DNA of 63,823 bases, filler included, from Octopus bimaculoides (GCF_001194135.2; 5 parts of 4 records of this genome joined end to end with filler, not necessarily neighbours in it), one strand, 5' to 3'; positions 24,735 through 37,354 are shown, counted from the whole stretch's first letter. Numbers and translations: made by a program. The notes: a model not told the origin generated them from the sequence alone.

Positions 24735-25019
24735 TATATAGAGTTATAGAGATATGTAAATACATATATATATAGGTACGCAATTGCATGCATGCATATA
24801 TATATACACACACATACATATACACATACAAACATACACATATATGTACATCCATACGCACTATATACACACATACATATACAACACATATATGTGCATA
24901 TTTTGTTTGGAATTATTCTTTTCTATATTCTGCTAATAGAATATGATTAGATTTACAATTTTAATACCATATCTATCCCTATGGCCACACTCACTAAAAA
25001 CAAATATAAAATGGAATAT

Positions 25020-25225
25020 GCAGACGAGGAGAAAGATTTGAAAAATCTTTGTTAAACCCATCCCTCTGGCACCAAAATTTATAGCTTCTTTGAAAAGTGA
25101 GCCAAAAATAAAATAAAATGCAATAAAATAAATGCAGTAAGCAAGCAAGGCGAAAGATTTGAAAAATCTTTGGTAAACCTTTCCCTCCAGCAGCAAAATT
25201 TACAGCTTCTTTGGAAAGCAAGTCG
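25020..25225. repeat. Diverged tandem duplication, 121-bp period
   Basis: GAAAGATTTGAAAAATCTTTG starts at 25031 and 25152, with homologous continuation. Confidence 0.75.
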
Positions 25226-25964
25226 ACAGCGGAGCGTCTATGCAAAGCACTAGAAATAGCAGCCTAAAACCACTCGTAAAATTTCATTCTTCACAAACGT
25301 ATTTGAAAATAAAAGATTGGAAAAAAAAAAAGTGCTATCACAATTATCAATGAGCTTCAATATTAATGATAACATCATAAAAAATAATAAGAAAAAAAGC
25401 AGCTCCCTCCCCTCAAAAAAAAAACAAAAGTCAACCGAACTTGCTTTGATTACATCACACAGTTGATTTGGTATTCTATCTAGTTTGTGATACCGATACA
25501 GGCAGGGGACAACACAATAATGTCCATTGTTGATTGAGATAAAAGAAGGAATGTTTAAAATAAAAACCAGTGCCGTCGTCGATGCTGTTTCTATTATGTT
25601 TTTATAAGGTTGTGGACTGAAGTCGATTAAAGATACCGATGGTGGAATGGAACAGAGGAGAAAAAAAATCAGAAACAGAAACAAAAGAGACACGAGCAGC
25701 TCGTGTATTTGATTGAAGACAGCAAAGAGTTAAAACTGGGCAAGCTGCTGCAGTGCTATTGATTTCTCAACAGAATTACACAGAAGCAAGTAGAGAGGTA
25801 GGCCTTGCTTAACCTTTCCCCATGACCCTATATCTATGAAAACTACACATGGCTCATGTGCTTCAATTAATTTTTTTTTTCAAATATAATCGAGAATTTG
25901 ATTGGAATAAGTAAAGTAACTTGGTGGTGGCGATAGCGAAAAGCACTTCCTCGAGATATATATA

Positions 25965-26335
25965 TATTATCATCATCATCATTTAACATCTGTTTTCCAT
26001 GCTGGCATGGGTTGGACAGATTGATCAGAGCTGGCAAGCCAGAGGGCTGCACCAGACTTCAGTCTGATTTGGCAAGGTCTCTACGGCTGGATGGCCTGCC
26101 TAATTCTACCTACTTTACAGAGTGTGCTGGGTGCTTTTATAAGGGACTGCATGAGTGCTTCTTTTGTGACACCAACACGAGTGCTTTTTACGTGGCACTA
26201 GCGCAGGGCTCTTGCTAGCCAGTCCTTTTCCCCAGGGGGTACAGGTCTTCTTGAGTACAGCAAGGTGCCAGGTATCTCAGTCCTTAGTCATCTCATCCGA
26301 AAGGTTCAGCATCCTGAAGTCAACCTTCTGTCCTT
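25965..26335 (-). mobile_element. 5'-truncated RTE LINE: last codons plus 3' UTR plus (GAT)n tail
   Basis: The minus frame reads VDFRMLNLSDEMTKD*DTWHLAVLKKT (RTE C-terminus, CGA>TGA stop), followed by the family D 3' UTR. Confidence 0.8.
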
Positions 26336-26344
26336 TGTCCCATG

Positions 26345-26378
<34 letters not shown>

Positions 26379-26436
26379 TTGGAAATGGATGCGTGGCATT
26401 CAATTAAATAATAATATAAATAATATACAGACAGAT

Positions 26437-26792
26437 GCAGGTGTGGCTGTGTGGTAAGAAGCTTGCTTTCCAACCACATGGTTCTGGGTTCAGTCCCACT
26501 GTGTGACACCTTGGGCAAGTGTCTTCTACTACAGCCTCAGGTTGACCAAAACCTTGTGAGTGGATTTGGTAGATGGAAACTGAAAGCCCATCGTGTGTGT
26601 GTGTGCCTTTGAGTCTGCATTTGTCCTCCATCAATACTTGACAACTGATTGTTGGTGTGCTTACGTCCCCATAACTTAGCAGTTCAGCAAAAGTGACTGA
26701 TAGAATAAGTACTAGACTAAAGAAATAAGTCCTGCGGTCAATTTGTTCGACTAAAACCACTCAATGCATTGCTCCAGCATGGCTGTAGTCAA
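26437..26792 (+). mobile_element. SINE family A, near full length
   Basis: Co-linear with 3931-4320. Confidence 0.88.
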
Positions 26793-27049
26793 GTAGGTGT
26801 GAGAGGCTGGATCTGGCTAGTTTGAACAGAGAACAGATAGAATATTTGGGTCGGACATGCAACAAAGAATTTAAAAAAGGGAAAAAAAAACACATTAGGC
26901 ACTGAATCCCAGACATACAAAAATGCAGGATGGTCACAAAACCGAAACAACTTCGATCTTGGAATTTTGTAATCAGGGCTAATCGGGAGGGAGAGGTGGG
27001 GTAGGGTAAGGCATTGTTTCCAATCTCCAATGAAAACATACTTGCTCAG

Positions 27050-27152
27050 AAATGGGGTGAGGATTGGTGAAAGGAAGAGCATCCAAGTGTAGAAAATCTG
27101 CCTCGACAAATTCTTCATAACCCATGCAGGCAGGGATAAGTGGACATTAAAA
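27050..27152 (+). mobile_element. LINE/SINE 3' end related to 15345-15492
   Basis: GGAAGAGCATCCAAGTGTAGAAAATCTGCCTCGAC...AACCCATGCAGGCA...GTGGACATTAAAATG. Confidence 0.5.
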
Positions 27153-27531
27153 TGGGAATAGGGGGGAGGGAAGGGAGAGGAAGATGGGAGGGTGATGAGG
27201 AGGACGACCACGGCAACTGTAGTGGTTCCGTGAACAATGAACGCCTTGTTGCAATGTTCTACGTCTCACTGTTAAAAGTAACTTCATCTGAGATCTAAAC
27301 TGTTTATTCTCTTAATTAACTCAGGAGAAAAGAAAAGAAAACGAAAGGAGAAAAGAAAAAAAAAAGTGATTTTGGTGTACTCAGCAAAGAAGAAATCTTA
27401 GATGGAAGACGAGATGGAATAAACACAGACATACAACACCCAAGATAAAAAAAAAAAAAACATAAGAAAAAAAATTCAATGTATTTCAATCTATAGAAGA
27501 CTGGCAGTGGTGATGGTGATGGTGGTGGTGA

Positions 27532-27566
<35 letters not shown>

Positions 27567-27825
27567 TGAAAGATATAGAGGGAGGACACAGTCTGCTAAT
27601 GAGCCAGTTATTATTACAGAGTGCTGGAGAATGAAATAGTGCCTATCAATCAAGCAGATGAGAGGTTTTGAAAATGGTCCAGAATGTAGAGAAATGGTTG
27701 ATGTACTATCTTAATGGGAAGGAAATTAATTATTGAAGTTTGTTTGGGAGGGTTTTTTTGATTTTTGTTTGCTTTTTTTCTAAGGGGGTTTTGTTTTTTT
27801 TTGTTGTTCTTTTTTCCCTTTTTCT

Positions 27826-28115
27826 TTAGCCCCCAAGTCAGCTCTGATTGAACAGACCTATGACTAAAGCTGTTCCAACCAAAACCATTTCATTTTTTGA
27901 TGTATCTACTGACTATATTGTCCAATACATCATACTGTATCATGGGGGCTTTGAGGGATNNNNNNNNNNNNNNNNNNNNNNNNNNNNNNNNNNNNNNNNN
28001 NNNNNNNNNNNNNNNNNNNNNNNNNNNNNNNNNNNNNNNCAGGCAACAGGGCGTAATTTGAGGGGGGAGAAAATTAGCGGCTATTTCTAGCAAATCTAGA
28101 GACCACTCAGAAACT
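27826..28115 (-). mobile_element. Family E/F short element spanning a small gap
   Basis: TTTAGCCCCCAAGTCAGCTCTGATTGAACAGACCTATGAC... then GGGCGTAATTTGAGGGG...AATTAGCGGCTATTTCTAGC. Confidence 0.45.
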
Positions 28116-28433
28116 CCCACCAGGGCTCGGTATTCTCCAAGTTGCAAATTGTATTCAGTCTGCCAATGTTCAAGATAAAAATAAATAGTAATTTTGGATG
28201 TAACTCTAAATGGCAAAGTATAAATCCTTGGAAATGTAATCCAAACTATTTTGACTACATTACAGTTCCTGTTACCGTTGCTATTTAGCCCAAGGGTCAG
28301 TCCAGGCACACGACTTATGATTGTAATGGTTCTAACCACTACCACGATAACCCCGTCTTTTTTTTGTTTCTCCCAATCATTGGTCGACTAAAGCCTTGTA
28401 TTGAAATCTACTTTCCCCCAATGCATCTTTTAA

Positions 28434-28656
28434 CCATTTAGTGTTTAAACCAGTCATATCTGGTTCAAACATTCAACTTGTTTTATGTTCAAACCACCCC
28501 TATCCAACCTCTCACACCTAACCTACAATGTCATTCGAAAACTAAACAATCAAACAATTGTTAAAATCTTGAAGCTACAAGATAATGCATGATTAATTCA
28601 AAACAATGTGAGCAGATAAGCATTACATTTGACAAAATAATCTGAATGTTAAAGGG
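28434..28656. mobile_element. piggyBac-like MITE (second family), diverged
   Basis: TTAA|CCATTTAGTGTTTAAAC ... AATCTGAATGTTAAAGGG|TTAT; a related fragment lies near 26800-26870. Confidence 0.55.
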
Positions 28657-29471
28657 TTATGGAGATAGGGTGTGATTTGAGGGAGATTTGCTATCTATTT
28701 TTAACAGGTTGAGTCTCAACATAGATACCAACCTAGTTGGTTAGTGTGTGTATATATGTATATATGTGTGCGTGTATGTCTATCCAATCAGGTTTCACCT
28801 GAGGCCCAACAACAGCAGTTTATNNNNNNNNNNTAAAGAGAGTGTTGTTGTTGTGATGATTGTTGTTTCATTTGTTTGATTTTCACAACAAACTCTATTA
28901 TTATTATTATTATTATTATTACTATTATTATCATTATTGTTATTATTATTACATGAAAGTCTTACATCACTTCGACATGGAATATTCACCTGAATTGAAA
29001 TTAATGAGGTGCTCACATGTCCCAAAAGAGTTTTGATTTTCCAGCCTTTCTAATGATTCATCAGACATTCCTTGCCATCTCAAAACCAGATAATGCTTCA
29101 GCAGCACAAACTGATGAGTAGTTGCTCAATACAGTAGAAACAGCAGCCAAATAATCCCTAAAACCAATTAGGCAGAGAACTGGCAGAGTTGTCAAAGCAT
29201 TGGACAGAATGCCTTGCAGTATTTGTTCCAAAAGTACTCAATACAGGATGCAGAGTGTAATTGTATTTATTAAACCCATACTGGTTGCCATTCATTACTT
29301 CAAGTTTCACAAATAATCAATCTACTGGCCATGTTGGTCTGGAATGAAAAACGTGCCTTTTCATTACAGGTCAAGACCATTTCATTGAATATTTAGATAT
29401 TCATGGAACTTGAAGCAACAGCACACAGTATCAGCTAAATAAATAAATATGTGTGGTTGTGTGTGTGTAAA

Positions 29472-29502
<31 letters not shown>

Positions 29503-30394
29503 ATATATATATANNNNNNNNNNNNNNNNNNNNNNNNNNNNNNNNNNNNNNNNNNNNNNNNNNNNNNNNNNNNNNNNNNNNNNNNNNNNNNNNNNNNNNN
29601 NNNNNNNNNNNNNNNNNNNNNNNNNNNNNNNNNNNNNNNNNNNNNNNNNNNNNNNNNNNNNNNNNNNNNNNNNNNNNNNNNNNNNNNNNNNNNNNNNNNN
29701 NNNNNNNNNNNNNNNNNNNNNNNNNNNNNNNNNNNNNNNNNNNNNNNNNNNNNNNNNNNNNNNNNNNNNNNNNNNNNNNNNNNNNNNNNNNNNNNNNNNN
29801 NNNNNNNNNNNNNNNNNNNNNNNNNNNNNNNNNACATACATACATATATATATATATGAACCCAGATACAGAGACAGATAGACGAACATACTGCCTGTGC
29901 ATATGAATGTTGGAGTGCGTGTGTGTGTGTGTGTGTGTGTGTATGTGTTTACACAGAAGTACATGTAATGCATAGAATGATCAAATCACATTCATTCTGC
30001 TAGTCAAATTTCACTGTTTACTTACACATAGTGCTGTTCTTAACAAACTTAGCTTCACTGAATGTGTGTGTGTGTGTGCAGGTATGTACGTGTGTGCTGT
30101 GCACGAAGTGTGCGCTGTGCATGGAGTTGATTTGATGTCGGCAATGCAAAAGGCAATGCATGGAGAAGGAAGGGAGAACCAGTGTGGGTGTTTGTTCCCC
30201 TGTTGCATGTGTGAACAACTGAGTGGCAGTAGTAGTAGTAGTAGTAGTAGTGAAAGGTGGGGAGTGCTAAAAAAAAAAATTTAAGTCATGACAACTTCCC
30301 TGCCACTAACAAGTATCAATGAAGCAGAAAGGGAAGCAAGGTTGTTTTTCTACCTTTTTTTTTTTTGTCAATCTAGAGACAAGTATAATTATTG

Positions 30395-30398
30395 CAGT

Positions 30399-30481
<83 letters not shown>

Positions 30482-30483
30482 CA
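30395..30483. repeat. (AGC)n/(AGT)n microsatellite
   Basis: Direct reading. Confidence 0.95.
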
Positions 30484-30988
30484 AAGTAGGTTTGAACTCA
30501 TGTTCTTAAGGACAGTAATATAAGATGACATTTTTCTCTAAACAAAAATCTATAGTGCAGGCATTAATCTCCAGTTTCTGCAACATTGAGCAAATGAGAT
30601 TAAAAGTAAAAGAATTTTTTTATGGAAAAAAAAAAAAAAAAAAAAAACTCCTCCAGGGATAGGACACTAAACTATGATAGGTAGTATTTCTTAATGGGGA
30701 TAAACTAGAGCAGTGAGAGCATTCCAATTTCCTATCATTATCATTATCATCATCCCACTCACTGACTCTCTCACCACCTTCCAGATCTCGTGTTCAAAAT
30801 TTTGTTTAACCCATCCGTTCCACAAAACCTCCACTACCATCACAACTATCAAGGCTGCAGTCAAAGTGGGAAATTTCTCATTTGACCACATATTCTCTTC
30901 TATAGATGTCAACCTAAAGAACTTCAAACACTAAAAGAAAATAAAAAAATAAAGAGGCTAAAAGTGGCTATATATATATAGGCACTTT

Positions 30989-31056
30989 TGACCCTCTCTG
31001 TAACTTTCATAACCTCAAGCTGTTAGATCAGGTTATGAAAGTTACAGAGAGGGTCA
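30989..31056. repeat. Perfect 27-bp inverted repeat with 14-nt loop at the RTE 5' junction
   Basis: TGACCCTCTCTGTAACTTTCATAACCT (30989-31015) / AGGTTATGAAAGTTACAGAGAGGGTCA (31030-31056). Confidence 0.95.
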
Positions 31057-31389
31057 TAGCCCAACTAATTAGGGAGCGAATCAATTTAGATGAGATGCAG
31101 TTTGGGTTCGTGCCAGGTAAAAGCACTACTGATGCCTTATTTCTAGTGAGACAGTTGCAAGAGAAATACCTAGCCAAGGATAAACCTCTGTACCTGGCTT
31201 TCGTTGACATGGAGAAAGCCTTTGACAGGGTCCCCCGATCCCTTATCTGGTGGTCAATGAGGAAACTTGGGATAGAAGAATGGCTAGTGAGAGCTGTGCG
31301 AGCCATGTACAGAGATGCGGCCAGTAAGGTGAGGGTTGGAAATGAGTACAGCAATGAATTCCGGGTAGAGGTAGGGGTCCACCAAGGTT
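31016..31389 (+). mobile_element. RTE-clade LINE reverse-transcriptase fragment, uninterrupted frame, cut by scaffold end
   Basis: KLLDQVMKVTERVI...QFGFVPGKSTTDA...AFVDMEKAFDRVP...VGVHQG (conserved RT motifs). Confidence 0.95.
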
Positions 31390-31489
31390 NNNNNNNNNNN
31401 NNNNNNNNNNNNNNNNNNNNNNNNNNNNNNNNNTTAATTAATTAANNNNNNNNNNNNNNNNNNNNNNNNNNNNNNNNNNNNNNNNNNNN
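31390..31489. other. Artificial scaffold linker 44N-TTAATTAATTAA-44N
   Basis: Exactly 100 bp, with a palindromic six-frame-stop 12-mer at 31434-31445; identical structure four times. Confidence 0.95.
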
Positions 31490-31520
<31 letters not shown>

Positions 31521-31894
31521 ACAGGTATACATACACACACACACATGTGAGTGTATATATACGTACTGAATAAATTCTTCCAGTGTCTATCTACTAAATC
31601 CGCTGACAAGGCTTTGGCCGATCTGCTTTCTCTATTTGTTTCTTTCGTTGTTCGAAAAAACGTTCGTTTTCTGTTTACGATTTTTATGTTCTCGTTTCTC
31701 ATTTTGTTCACGATGTTTTGACGTCCTGTACCCATATATGCATGTATATATACATATATATGTAGGTATGTACATATATGTATGTATATATGCATGAATT
31801 TATATCTTATTTTTTTTATAGACACACATACACACACATATATACATTTATATTTATATAAATAGATAAATATATATTTACACACAGAAACACA

Positions 31895-31925
<31 letters not shown>

Positions 31926-31932
31926 TTGTGTT

Positions 31933-31968
<36 letters not shown>

Positions 31969-31989
31969 CGTGTGTGTGTGGCGGTGTAT

Positions 31990-32170
31990 TTGTGTCTCTT
32001 TGACAACCGGTGATGCTTCCTTTACATCCCCGTCACCTGAGAGGTTCGGCAAAAGGTTAGTATAGAATAACTTCCAAACTGCAAACATATATATACTCTC
32101 TGACGTACTGGGGGCGATTTGTTCGACTAAATTCTTGACCACCATCCAATGATTAAAACAAGTACAAGAC
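31990..32170 (+). mobile_element. SINE family A, 3' half
   Basis: TTGACAACCGGTG...CCCCGTCAC...GGTTCGGCAAAAG...GATTTGTTCGACTAAA. Confidence 0.55.
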
Positions 32171-33321
32171 AAAAAAAAATATACATTACTGTTTACACTT
32201 CATCACGTATTAGCATTTCCCCGTTTGCTTCGATACACAGACCAGTGTACATATTCGCTTGCACATACGCCTATATATACATACAGTAATGTAATCAACC
32301 ATCGATATAATCATGCATCCCTTCTTTCTCCCTTTGTCTATAGATCTATCCATGAAACCATTTCATTTTCTGTATATCTTACATTACAAACATCAATCAA
32401 TCTACGTTTATCCGTTTATCAATTTATGAAACCGTCCTATTTCCCTATTTCGCTATCAGTGCGACCTAATTTATATCACTGATGCTCTTCCCCTCCTTAC
32501 ACGTACACACACACACACGCTCATACAAGTATATAGGGGCACAAAGATACACACATGCACGCGTACACACGCATGCACACGTGTAAACACACACATGCAC
32601 ATATACTCATAAATACACACACAAACACATATGTATAGGTCTATATACACACACAAACACACACACGCACACACATATATATGTGTATGTGTGTATGTAT
32701 GTATGTATGTAATTATGTATGTGTGGATCTATGTGTATATATATCTGTATCTATAGTCACAAATATATCGATAGAAATACACACACAAACATACAAGCAA
32801 CATATGTAAATACAAACATAATGCCGCATTCACATTGGATGTATGTATTGATATATATATATATATATATTTATGTATATATGCATACTTTATATGTATA
32901 TAAGTATTTACACGTAGATACATTGTTTAAATAGCTTACTTAGTGTAAAGATTAACGCATCTAACCTCAGTTAAATGTACGTATGCATAAATACACACAC
33001 ACACACACATCCTTATCTAAATATTCATAACATATATGCGTGTTACTAAATACGTATATTTATACATTTATTATATACATATATACTTCCATGTAGTATG
33101 CGAATATTAATTTTATATTAAATGTTGTGTTACTTATTGGAAAGGTTGATGTAAATAACATCGCATACACGCGTATATGCACACACAGCCATACATGTAT
33201 ATATCCGTAAGTTTTCACACACATGAGCATACATTCATTCTTTTAACCAAACTACCAAGACATTGATCTCATAACACCACCTCTCTCTACACTTCTATCT
33301 ATCTATCTGTCTGTCTGTTTG

Positions 33322-33360
<39 letters not shown>

Positions 33361-34092
33361 CTGTCTTTGTCTGTCTCTGTCTGTCTGTCTGTGTGTCTGT
33401 CTGCCTGTCTCTCTCTCTCTCTCACTATGTATCTATTTTCTTTTCTTTCTCTTTGTCTTTCTGTATTCTCCGTCTCTGACATTCTCTCTCTCTCTCTCTC
33501 TCCACTCACACCCTCTTAGTCTCCCGCCTTCACCAACTCCGCCATTTGCCTACCCACAATTCGATTTTCGACTTATTGTCATTGACGCATATTGGAATGA
33601 ATTCTTTCCTGTCCGTTGACTGTCAATTGGCAATCTCTGAAAATCCGACAAAACGCAAAAAAAAAAAACCCTACAAAGAGCAACAAAAAACAAAAACAAC
33701 ACAAACAAACAATAAATAAATAAATAAATACCAAAAACAAAACAAAACAAAACAAAAAATTCTGGTGAAAATCCTACTTCAGCATTCTAGAGTGCCAATA
33801 ACTCTACGAATATTTCCTCTGGCAGTGGGAATGATGTAAGTAATAAAATATTTAGGAAAGGATGGATAAAATAATAGAAATTGAAGAGATTTACAGAAAT
33901 TTTGCCTTTTAGTCAGTAGGTGGCGTTGCTATATATTTTCTCGTATTTTATTGCAGGGAATATTCAGTTGCTATGTGTGTGGTTATTATAATGGCACTGA
34001 TTGTTGTTTTGTTGTTGCTTCTTGTGAAGCGAAGGATTAGTGACGAGATGTATATGTATATGTGTATATATAAGCATATATAAGCATACACA

Positions 34093-34181
<89 letters not shown>

Positions 34182-35365
34182 TTATATATATATATACATA
34201 TGATGTGTGTGTGTTTGTACGTGTGCGTGTGTGTGTACGTGTGTGTGTATGTGTGTCAAAATATATGTATTTATAAATTTGTTGAATGAATAGGAAAACA
34301 CAAATTACAAAAGCGAAAGTGAAAATGAAAATAAATCCATTTTGGCACGCTAATGTATCCTTAAAGCAAATATAAATTGATCCTATTTATGTATGCGCGC
34401 ACACACACACACGCACACACACACACGCACACACACACACGCACACACACACACGCACACACACANNNNNNNNNNNNNNNNNNNNNNNNNNNNNNNNNNN
34501 NNNNNNNNNNNNNNNNNNNNNNNNNNNNNNNNNNNNNNNNNNNNNNNNNNNNNNNNNNNNNNNNNNNNNNNNNNNNNNNNNNNNNNNNNNNNNNNNNNNN
34601 NNNNNNNNNNNNNNNNNNNNNNNNNNNNNNNNNNNNNNNNNNNNNNNNNNNNNNNNNNNNNNNNNNNNNNNNNNNNNNNNNNNNNNNNNNNNNNNNNNNN
34701 NNNNNNNNNNNNNNNNNNNNNNNNNNNNNNNNNNNNNNNNNNNNNNNNNNNNNNNNNNNNNNNNNNNNNNNNNNNNNNNNNNNNNNNNNNNNNNNNNNNN
34801 NNNNNNNNNNNNNNNNNNNNNNNNNNNNNNNNNNNNNNNNNNNNNNNNNNNNNNNNNNNNNNNNNNNNNNNNNNNNNNNNNNNNNNNNNNNNNNNNNNNN
34901 NNNNNNNNNNNNNNNNNNNNNNNNNNNNNNNNNNNNNNNNNNNNNNNNNNNNNNNNNNNNNNNNNNNNNNNNNNNNNNNNNNNNNNNNNNNNNNNNNNNN
35001 NNNNNNNNNNNNNNNNNNNNNNNNNNNNNNNNNNNNNNNNNNNNNNNNNNNNNNNNNNNNNNNNNNNNNNNNNNNNNNNNNNNNNNNNNNNNNNNNNNNN
35101 NNNNNNNNNNNNNNNNNNNNNNNNNNNNNNNNNNNNNNNNNNNNNNNNNNNNNNNNNNNNNNNNNNNNNNNNNNNNNNNNNNNNNNNNNNNNNNNNNNNN
35201 NNNNNNNNNNNNNNNNNNNNNNNNATGTATGTATGTATACTGGTGATGAAACAATTTGAAGTCAAGTTTGTGATGAAGGTCCAAAAACGTGAACCACTCA
35301 TCATGGAGTCCAAATTGCATGTAAGATTTATGTAAACGGTTCTTGCTGGTATGCGGAGAACAAGA

Positions 35366-35445
35366 TGTACTGCTGCTGCTGCTGCTACTGCTGCTGCTAC
35401 TGCTGCTGCTACTGCTGCTGCTACTGCTGCTGCTGCTACTGCTGC
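35366..35445. repeat. (CTG)/(CTA) trinucleotide tract
   Basis: Direct reading; source of the poly-Ala ORF. Confidence 0.9.
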
Positions 35446-35491
35446 CACTGCGGCTTCAATCAATACAGGCCATGTAAATATTTGCTAAATT

Positions 35492-35712
35492 TGGCGTCGA
35501 GCTAGCAGAATCATTAGCATATTGGGCAAAAAGCTTAGCGGCATTTCGTCCGTCTTTACGTTCTGAGCTCAAATTTCGCCGAAAATGGAATGAGTTTTAC
35601 ATCCTTCCGGGATCGTTAAAATAAATGCCAGTTGATGTAACTGTGGTTGATATAATCGACTTAACCTCACCCACAAAATTGCTGGCCTTGTGCCAAAATG
35701 TGAAATCAATGT
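35492..35712 (+). mobile_element. SINE family B
   Basis: GGCGTCGAGCTAGCAGAATCATTAGCA...GCTTAGCGGCATTTCGTCCGTCTTTACGTTCTGAG...GGCCTTGTGCC. Confidence 0.75.
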
Positions 35713-37306
35713 TTGCTAAACGTTTTCACTAATCCCGACAAGAATCAAGGCAGATATTATCGTTAAGGGGGGTGGGGGCACTCGAATTGCAAGAGTGTAG
35801 TGCAGTGTTATTCTCAAACAACAACCTAATGTCATAGCAGAGAATGGACACATTGGGTAGTGAAATTATGGATGCTATCTTCCTGTATATCTAATTCTGT
35901 GTATAAGCAACACGAGAAACAAAATCACAACACAACCACTGTATCAATAGCTCACATGTGTATGTTTACGTCTCTCTCTCTCTTTCTCTCTGCATACATA
36001 TACACACACATCAATTTATCGATCTATTGATATATTTATATATGCATATGCATAAATATATATATGAGTATGAATATGTACATATACTTATATATATTTA
36101 GATACATCGATGCATGTACATACCCTTACACACACATATAGCAAATACATTTATTTTCTATTGATTTCATTTGTAGAAATGTTTTGAATCCATGCTCTTC
36201 GGTGGGGCTCCATGATCGATGATTTCGATTCCGTCGTAACTACTGCGTCCTTGATTCGCTTCTACTTTGAAGCGATATTAAATCTTCAACTCGCCATTAA
36301 TATCATTTGAAAATCTTATATCTTGTGTCGTTCACTCTTCCAAAGTGAATCATGTACCTGAACATCAATTTGTGAAGACATTTAATTTCAAAAGATCAAA
36401 CAGACGGCCCTAATTGTGTGCAACGAATAAATATATTTATTCTTATTCTTAGGAATAAAACAACCTTGGTCTCCTTATAGAGTTCTGGTCATTATTACTG
36501 ATAACGAAATCTTTATTTGATATCCGACATAAATCTAGTTTTAGATCCTCAAAATTATATTCCATTAAGGGAATAAGATGTTGTAATGAATAATACGTGT
36601 AGATTAATTAGAAGTATCTGACTGCGTCACAAAGGTATTTACTGTTCATTAACAATTAATTGTTCTGTATTTATTAGCCATTATATACAAAGCTGCAATG
36701 AAATTCAACAGTGCAGATGAAATATTTCGTAATCCTCTCGTAACTTTCGTTTGCTTCAGCTTATATGAAGTATTGACGATTGCATTCATTACAAACCACG
36801 TTTCATCAGGTTCGTATACGAAATCTGTGGCCTTGCAAAAGTTGTTCAACGTTGACAATCAAATATGTGTTTATTTTCGACAACTAACATATCTATATAA
36901 CGTTTAACTTGCAATAGTCAAATGGAGATACGACGATTTTAAATTTTATCATCATTTCGATTTCGAAATGTCTCACAGCTGAATTTATTCTCAGAGAAGA
37001 AAGGACAACGCCCAAGGACCCCTATTTTTGCACTTCTCAGAGAGAATGGTGTTAAAAAGGTAAATATATAAATTTTATGTATGGTTAAACAATGTTTTTA
37101 TAATGTGTACATATCGCCCGTCACTCTTTTTATATGGATAAGAGAGAGCGAAACATAGTAGAAGTTAACGTCATTGTTTTTGGATTTTAATGACAAACCA
37201 GTCTCTGTCCGAACACTTGCAACAAAATCAACGCTCGAAACTAATTGATAACTGTTTTATTTTGCATCTGACATATAGTATTGGTTGTGGAAGTAAGCAC
37301 TATACC

Positions 37307-37354
37307 TTTTCTCTGAAGAGCGGTGAATAAACCATGAAGCATCTCGTCAGGAGA
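37307..37354 (+). ncRNA. Degenerate minimal type I hammerhead ribozyme motif (probable Penelope terminus)
   Basis: TTTTCT-CTGAAGA-GCGGT(GAATAA)ACCAT-GAAG-C(ATCTC)GTC-AGGAGA; GAAA has become GAAG and stem II has a mismatch. Confidence 0.45.

Noticed and set aside
25774-25797. 24-nt micro-exon candidate (CAG|AATTAC...GAG|GTAGGC)
   Set aside because: Such splice-like pairs are expected by chance in 60 kb.
29111-29130. CTGATGAG as a hammerhead core
   Set aside because: No stem II followed by GAAA.
29370-29415. Terminal-exon candidate GQDHFIEYLDIHGT*
   Set aside because: Too short; no supporting upstream exons identified.
30780-30905. Open frames on both strands next to the RTE insertion
   Set aside because: No motif recognised in either frame.
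36170-36270. Minus-strand ANQGRSSYDGIEIIDHGAPPKSMDSKHFYK*
   Set aside because: About 30 codons with no homology; unsupported.
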